In this document: piece by piece, positions 59,255 through 64,000 of the stretch
How positions within the stretch are numbered: the stretch's first letter is position 1
How the letters are laid out: every line of letters starts with the position of its first letter
Virus record (IMG/VR): IMGVR_UViG_3300032307_000180
Location: 2,045 to 66,044 of that record
Reading direction: 5' to 3' (one strand)
DNA length: 64,000 bases
Source of the DNA: a virus
Taxonomy: Duplodnaviria; Caudoviricetes
Made by a program: the position numbers and the translations under genes
The notes under the pieces: model-generated
Database searches by the model: none
The model's input: only the letters and a program-made list of their open reading frames with translations
What the model was told of the DNA's origin: nothing

Positions 59255-59646
59255 GCTTACTTCCTTTCCTTTGTCGTTAAAAAATTTAAGTGAACGCTCG
59301 GCTGTCCAAGCGTTCTATAAATCTTCTATTGTTTGCCCTCTGCTGTTTTCTCGCAGTTCTTGTCAGAGGTTCGGGCGTGGGTCGGTAATGTGCATGGTCA
59401 CATAGCTTGTCGGTATCTTAGGGTCGGTGCGTCACGCACTACAAACCTGCCAATACAAACATCTATCTGCACACTAGAAACCGCAAGGATACTGCTCGGT
59501 CATGGTTTGATGAGCGTGGATAAAAACACACTGCCTCATCATGTTCCGCTTAGTTAGAACCCAAGCCTACGCCTACCTTGCACCACATTGTTTAGTGGCA
59601 TTTGAGCGTGTTGTTAAAGAGGGTTGGCTACTACATCTTGGGCTAT

Positions 59647-59661
59647 TCCCTATCATAGGGA
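59647..59661. repeat. Palindromic site copy 3
   Basis: TCCCTATCATAGGGA, 40 nt downstream of the -10 box. Confidence 0.9.
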
Positions 59662-59701
59662 TTCGGCTACACCTAAACGGACTTCTACCAACTATAACTA
59701 C

Positions 59702-59730
59702 ATTATACGCTCTTACACTAGGTTTGTCAA
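59702..59730 (-). promoter_or_regulatory. Consensus early sigma70 promoter
   Basis: Perfect TTGACA-17-TATAAT. Confidence 0.85.
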
Positions 59731-59773
59731 GCTATGTTTTGGTATGTGGTTAGGCTTGTTTTGGTCTAAAGCA

Positions 59774-60025
59774 CTAATACTTGCGGGTGTAGTCGTTGCG
59801 TTTGTTTTGTTCGGGTGCAACTAAATCTCTGCCTGTCACGCCGTTCTTGAATCGTTTTAGGACTGTGTAGTATTTCAGGTCAAAGTCTTCAGCCCATTGT
59901 TTGATTGACCGAACCTCACCATCAATCTCGGCGAAGAATGATAGTTTTGCACCACGCTTCTTCTGCTTGGACTTTTTGATGAGGTCGGCTAATTGTTTTG
60001 TGGTGCGGTGCATCAGTAATCCCAC
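59774..60025 (-). CDS. Small HTH-like DNA-binding protein
   Basis: DGEVRSIKQWAEDFDLKYYTVLKRFKNG resembles the DNA-binding modules of HNH endonucleases. Confidence 0.55.
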   Translation of the reverse strand: MGLLMHRTTKQLADLIKKSKQKKRGAKLSFFAEIDGEVRSIKQWAEDFDLKYYTVLKRFKNGVTGRDLVAPEQNKRNDYTRKY

Positions 60026-60351
60026 TCACTTGCAATTTGGTTTAGTTCATCTTGGTTCATTTGGTTGCTTGGTGATTGTGGTCGGTTCATTGGCATGCCA
60101 CGCATCTCTTGTTCACGCATGAACTTGTATTCTTGTGCGGTCATTGGTTTGCGTTGAACCATTGGTGCGTTGGTTTGGGTCGTCAAAAAGATTTGGTTTT
60201 GCTGAATGTATTGAACGATTAAATCTCGCACAACTGTGCTTACTGATTTGTATTGGGCGTCTGAAATTGTGGTGAGTTGGGCTAGGACTGGCTCAGGGAT
60301 TCTGAGGTTCAATACTGCGTTGTTATGTGATTTGCGGGTGCGTTTGGTCAT
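60013..60351 (-). CDS. Ribbon-helix-helix DNA-binding protein
   Basis: VLNLRIPEPVLAQL...SVSTVVRDLIVQYI; RBS TAAGGA. Confidence 0.7.
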   Translation of the reverse strand: MTKRTRKSHNNAVLNLRIPEPVLAQLTTISDAQYKSVSTVVRDLIVQYIQQNQIFLTTQTNAPMVQRKPMTAQEYKFMREQEMRGMPMNRPQSPSNQMNQDELNQIASEWDY

Positions 60352-60451
60352 TTATTTGTCCTTACAATGTGTTGATGGAAGCATACGAGCGTAGTATGCC
60401 ACAACCCACAAGCGTGTGTAAATAACTATTCAATGTATATACATGATTTAA

Positions 60452-60466
60452 TCCCTATGATAGGGA
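60452..60466. repeat. Palindromic site copy 4
   Basis: TCCCTATGATAGGGA. Confidence 0.9.
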
Positions 60467-60929
60467 ATAGGGTGAAATGGGCTGTTTTTGCCTGCTTAAT
60501 TTTTAAGCAAAGTTGGAAATTAGGAAAATACCCCCTTGTAGAATAAGCTTTGTCAGAATTTCTGAAAAAAGACCCCTTTTAAAGGTCACTTTGGAAATAA
60601 AAATTTCCGTGTATGTTATTTGTCTTACCTTATTTATTTTATTAGGATAGTTATATATAAGAAAACTCAGAAATTACACACCTTGCCCCTCTGAAACCCT
60701 TATGCTTATTGATTTGTCAGAATTTCCAAGTTTTTTAAAACGCTGTTAAGAAAAAACGCTATCTTATTGGAAAATATAACAGGCTTAATAGTTTTTTGAC
60801 TTTATACCAAGTTTACAAAACGCTTGGAACTCGGCATGACTGCTCTGAGCTTGGCACTTATTAGTTTGAGCTTAGCACTTGGCGGGCGAAATGATAGTAA
60901 TGATAGTATTTAAGAAAATTTTTTAGAAT

Positions 60930-60981
60930 AAAAAACCTGCATGAAAATGCAGGCAATAAAAAACCCCGCCTGAGCGGGGTT
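60930..60981 (-). terminator. Tandem terminators
   Basis: CCCCGC/GCGGGG (60964-60979) and CCTGCAT/ATGCAGG (60936-60953), each followed by T6 on the minus strand. Confidence 0.8.
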
Positions 60982-60984
60982 GAA

Positions 60985-60999
60985 TACCTATGATAGGGA
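60985..60999. repeat. Palindromic site copy 5 (one mismatch)
   Basis: TACCTATGATAGGGA, abutting a stop codon. Confidence 0.85.
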
Positions 61000-61569
61000 T
61001 TACAAGTAATTAGCTGATACTAGCAATTCAGTCACCCATTCTTGAACCTCATCAGGTGCAGATTCAAATTCAGAATGATTGTAGAATTTTGCCAAAACAT
61101 CAGCGATAGCAGGTTCAGTCTTATCCCCGCCATTTTTCTTGGCATTGGTTTTGAAATCAAAAGATTTAACAGGCTTGCCAGTATTAACCACTTTAAAAAA
61201 TAGCTCGTAATAGTTTTGAGCTGTCTTAGGTGCAAGCCCGCTCTTTTCGCATTGGTCTAAAAATGCTTTGCGGTTCGCCATTGAGCTTGGGTCTTTTTTA
61301 CGCCCGTCCAATAAACGCACGCCCGCTTGGTTGAGGTTGATAGCTGACTTGTTGAACAAGTCTAATTGCTTAGCTTGCTCTGCCTTCGCCTTATCGCCAC
61401 TGGCACAAGCAATCGCACTAGCTGAGATGAGGTTGAGGGTTTCAACTGCCGTGATGCTTGGCTTGCTTGATGTGGTCTTAACTGTTGCACCTTGTGATGT
61501 GGTCTTAACAGTTTCAACAAGAGATACGATAGCGTTATTTGATTTAGTCATTTTGTAATACCTTTCCAT
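61000..61569 (-). CDS. First early gene, hypothetical protein
   Basis: Has its own promoter and terminators. The true start is probably ATG 61551 (MTKS), which has an AAAGG RBS. Confidence 0.7.
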   Translation of the reverse strand: MERYYKMTKSNNAIVSLVETVKTTSQGATVKTTSSKPSITAVETLNLISASAIACASGDKAKAEQAKQLDLFNKSAINLNQAGVRLLDGRKKDPSSMANRKAFLDQCEKSGLAPKTAQNYYELFFKVVNTGKPVKSFDFKTNAKKNGGDKTEPAIADVLAKFYNHSEFESAPDEVQEWVTELLVSANYL

Positions 61570-61610
61570 TTAGTTAATAAAATGTATTAGCTTATTACCA
61601 ATACAACTAC

Positions 61611-61639
61611 ATTATTACATATTATATTAACCTTGTCAA
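61611..61639 (-). promoter_or_regulatory. Early sigma70 promoter
   Basis: TTGACA-17-AATAAT followed by GTAGTT, as in the other early promoters. Confidence 0.65.
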
Positions 61640-61660
61640 GCGTGGGGGTATTACGCCCAA

Positions 61661-61675
61661 TCCCTATGATAGGGA
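61661..61675. repeat. Palindromic site copy 6
   Basis: AATCCCTATGATAGGGATT, a perfect 19-nt extended palindrome at 61659-61677. Confidence 0.9.
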
Positions 61676-61888
61676 TTACAAAACGCAAAGCCCTACCCTC
61701 ATACGAAATTTACAAAGCCCATGATAGTAACCCCACCCCCCAAATTTTTAATTGGGTCCCCCAGGCTCACGCATATACTGAGTTTTACACGTTAGACTTG
61801 CAAATTTTTGACCAGCCCCCTCCCCCCTCTTGATTTGTTAGCGTTCACTAACTTATCTGGCTAGCGAAACCCACCCCCTTCATTTTGC

Positions 61889-61917
61889 TTGACTCCCACA
61901 CCCCCAGGGGGTATATT
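61889..61917 (+). promoter_or_regulatory. Sigma70 promoter facing terS
   Basis: TTGACT-17-TATATT. Confidence 0.65.
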
Positions 61918-61923
61918 ATTTTT

Positions 61924-62056
61924 TGAATAAGCTCCATGCTACCGCGCGCATCGTCGGTGCCGGTGAGTGAATAAACGATGCACTACTTCCCCGCCCTTGA
62001 TTTCGGTTCAACCGCTCTTGGGTAGCAGACCCCCGAAAGGGGGTTTTGCTTTTTTA
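61924..62056 (+). ncRNA. Candidate sRNA / structured leader
   Basis: Bounded by a promoter and a terminator; stems 61937-61943/62021-62027 and 61948-61954/61975-61981. Confidence 0.5.
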
Positions 62057-62061
62057 TTTTT
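62024..62061 (+). terminator. Rho-independent terminator upstream of terS
   Basis: CCCCC-GAAA-GGGGG followed by T-rich tracts. Confidence 0.8.
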
Positions 62062-62110
62062 CTCGTGTACACTTCGCACATCGCCTTGCTAAATTCAGGT
62101 TGCCAAAAAT

Positions 62111-62725
62111 ATGATTGTTGTTACGCCGGAGTTTTCGATTCCGATTCCAGTGGATTTGACCCCACAGGAGATTGAGACCGTCCAAGAAAGAGCGCGAGCT
62201 GCTTTCCGTACCCGAACATTTTTGCTTGATAACGGCTTAGTTCCGCCAAATCCTGAAAATCCAGAAGAACGAAAGTACATTGAGTGGGCTGCACGTGAGG
62301 CGGCGAAGCAATTTACTGGTCACCCTACTGCACAACGCAGACCTTTTAACGCAGAAACAACTTTGTGGCTTAACCAGTTGGTTGATAAGTACCACAATCA
62401 GGTGGTTGAAGACTCAGTTAAGCTGCGAACCTACGTAAAAACACGACTAATTGAAGAATCTGACCCAAAATCACTGGGTGAAAAGGCTTCTGACCGTCTG
62501 AAAGCCCTTGAAAGTCTTGGAAAATTGTCAGATTTGGGCATGTTTGCGGACAAAATTGATATTTCAGTCAATATGAAGAGCACAGCCGAGCTAGAAGAAG
62601 AGCTTGCCAAGAAATTAGCACGCTACATGGGCCCAGCTAATGTGGTCGAGGCGCCCGTGAAGGCAAAACGCAAAGCAATGATTATTGATTTGGACAAAGA
62701 GCTGGGAAGAAACGCTAGTGAGTAA
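62111..62725 (+). CDS. terS: Putative terminase small subunit
   Basis: Directly upstream of and overlapping terL; RLKALESLGKLSDLGMF helical motif. Confidence 0.6.
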   Translation: MIVVTPEFSIPIPVDLTPQEIETVQERARAAFRTRTFLLDNGLVPPNPENPEERKYIEWAAREAAKQFTGHPTAQRRPFNAETTLWLNQLVDKYHNQVVEDSVKLRTYVKTRLIEESDPKSLGEKASDRLKALESLGKLSDLGMFADKIDISVNMKSTAELEEELAKKLARYMGPANVVEAPVKAKRKAMIIDLDKELGRNASE

Positions 62726-64000
62726 CCCATTCATTGACGCTTTTAGGAAAATGCCAGAAGCAGAGCGTAATGCGATGCTCGAAGCGATGCCAAAAGAAGA
62801 GAAGGCGGATTTATTAGCGATTGTTGAAGAGATTGAAGTCCGTGAAATGCGGGCTTTGTGCGATTCAGACTTCTTGGCGTTCGTGGAACAAGTATGGCCT
62901 GACTTTATTGCGGGTAGACACCACGCCCAGATGGCTGAGGCGTTTGAGGATGTGGCTAGTGGGAAGTGTAAGCGTCTGATTATTAATATGCCGCCTCGTC
63001 ATACGAAGTCGGAGTTCGCGTCTTACTTGTTACCAAGCTGGTTCCTTGGAAAGTTTCCGAAAAAGAAAGTCATTCAGACATCACACACGGCCGAGCTAGC
63101 TGTAGGCTTTGGTCGTAAGGTGCGTAACTTGGTGGACTCAGATGTTTACAAAAAGATATTCCCAGCTGTCGAGCTTCAATCTGATTCTAAGGCTGCTGGT
63201 CGTTGGAACACTAACTTCGGTGGTGATTATTTCGCTATTGGTGTGGGTGGCGCTGTTACAGGTAAAGGCGCGGACCTACTCATTATTGACGACCCGCACT
63301 CAGAACAAGAGGCGGCGCTAGCTGCGTTCAACCCAGAGATTTACGACAAGACTTATGAGTGGTACACATCTGGTCCACGTCAGCGTTTGCAACCGGGCGG
63401 TGCGATTGTCATCGTTATGACGCGTTGGGGTCTAAGAGATTTGACGGCGCAAGTGATTAAGGCAGAAGCTCAGCGTGGTGGTAGCGAGTGGCGAGTGATT
63501 GACTTCCCAGCTATTCTCCCAAGTGGAGGCCCGCTCTGGCCAGAGTTCTGGTCACTAAAAGAATTAGAAGTGTTGCGGAATGAGTTGCCCAACAGCAAGT
63601 GGATGGCTCAGTACATGCAGGACCCGGTGTCAGACAGCTCAGCTATTATCAAGCGTGAGTGGTGGCAGATATGGGAAGCGGATGACCCACCGCAGTGCGA
63701 GTTTATTATTCAGGCATGGGATACGGCGCATGAGAAGAAGACCGTTAACGACTATTCGGCGTGTACGACGTGGGGCGTCTGGTACTACGAGGAAGACAAC
63801 ATGTTACCGAATATCATATTGCTCGATGCCTTTAAGGCTCGCATGGAGTTTCCGGAACTCAAGAAAAAAGCGTTCGAGATGTACCAGGACTACGAGCCGG
63901 ATGCGTTCCTTGTTGAGAAAAAAGCTGCGGGAGCTCCTCTTATCCAAGAGCTCAGAAGGATGGGTATTTCGGCCACGGAGTACAGCCCAGGCAAAGGCCA
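62718..64000 (+). CDS. terL: Terminase large subunit (3' truncated, not in ORF track)
   Basis: GTG 62718 opens a frame with RLIINMPPRHTKS, GKGADLLIIDDP, VMTRW, QYMQDP, AWDTA, DYSA, VEKKAAG. Confidence 0.95.
   Translation, partial: MSNPFIDAFRKMPEAERNAMLEAMPKEEKADLLAIVEEIEVREMRALCDSDFLAFVEQVWPDFIAGRHHAQMAEAFEDVASGKCKRLIINMPPRHTKSEFASYLLPSWFLGKFPKKKVIQTSHTAELAVGFGRKVRNLVDSDVYKKIFPAVELQSDSKAAGRWNTNFGGDYFAIGVGGAVTGKGADLLIIDDPHSEQEAALAAFNPEIYDKTYEWYTSGPRQRLQPGGAIVIVMTRWGLRDLTAQVIKAEAQRGGSEWRVIDFPAILPSGGPLWPEFWSLKELEVLRNELPNSKWMAQYMQDPVSDSSAIIKREWWQIWEADDPPQCEFIIQAWDTAHEKKTVNDYSACTTWGVWYYEEDNMLPNIILLDAFKARMEFPELKKKAFEMYQDYEPDAFLVEKKAAGAPLIQELRRMGISATEYSPGKG

Noticed and set aside
53739-61677. Palindromes as TetR operators or a CRISPR array
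   Set aside because: They share TCCCTATCA with tetO but have different length and symmetry, and no TetR gene is present. Spacing is irregular (0.5-4 kb), unlike CRISPR repeats.
63109-63321. 70-aa ORF from the track
   Set aside because: It is an out-of-frame shadow inside terL, which the track missed because terL runs off the window.
1-64000. tRNA, rRNA or tmRNA genes
   Set aside because: No cloverleaf with T-loop/D-loop consensus was recognised in any intergenic region by eye. tRNAscan-SE or ARAGORN would confirm.

Overview
The window is an almost complete, circularly permuted genome of a tailed dsDNA phage (Caudoviricetes) with podovirus-style ejection proteins and a Mu gpT-like major capsid protein. 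It starts inside the portal gene and ends inside terL. The + strand arm (62.1 kb to end, then 1-36.8 kb) carries packaging, head, neck, modular tail fibres, two free-standing GIY-YIG homing endonucleases, a cluster of exported proteins, holin-lysozyme, tail tubular/ejection proteins and a 1830-aa polyvalent protein. The - strand arm (61.6 to 36.9 kb) carries early genes, a DUF3150/AAA+/DUF2201-vWA module, two glycosyltransferase-like genes, PolA, exonuclease, SNF2 helicase and primase-helicase. No integrase, tRNA, CRISPR array or reverse transcriptase was seen. The most notable signals are: six copies of the palindrome TCCCTATSATAGGGA across the early region; several candidate structured RNAs (Mu-gpT-DE-like, a terS leader/attenuator, a pseudoknotted intergenic RNA); a multiply overprinted Cys-rich exported gene beside the lysis cassette; a recurrent (Y/F/M/A)-x-x-GG peptide motif in virion proteins; duplicated membrane micropeptides inside the AAA-vWA operon; and an apparent positional gradient of CCGG/GATC avoidance. 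All protein calls come from motif recognition and gene order, not database searches.
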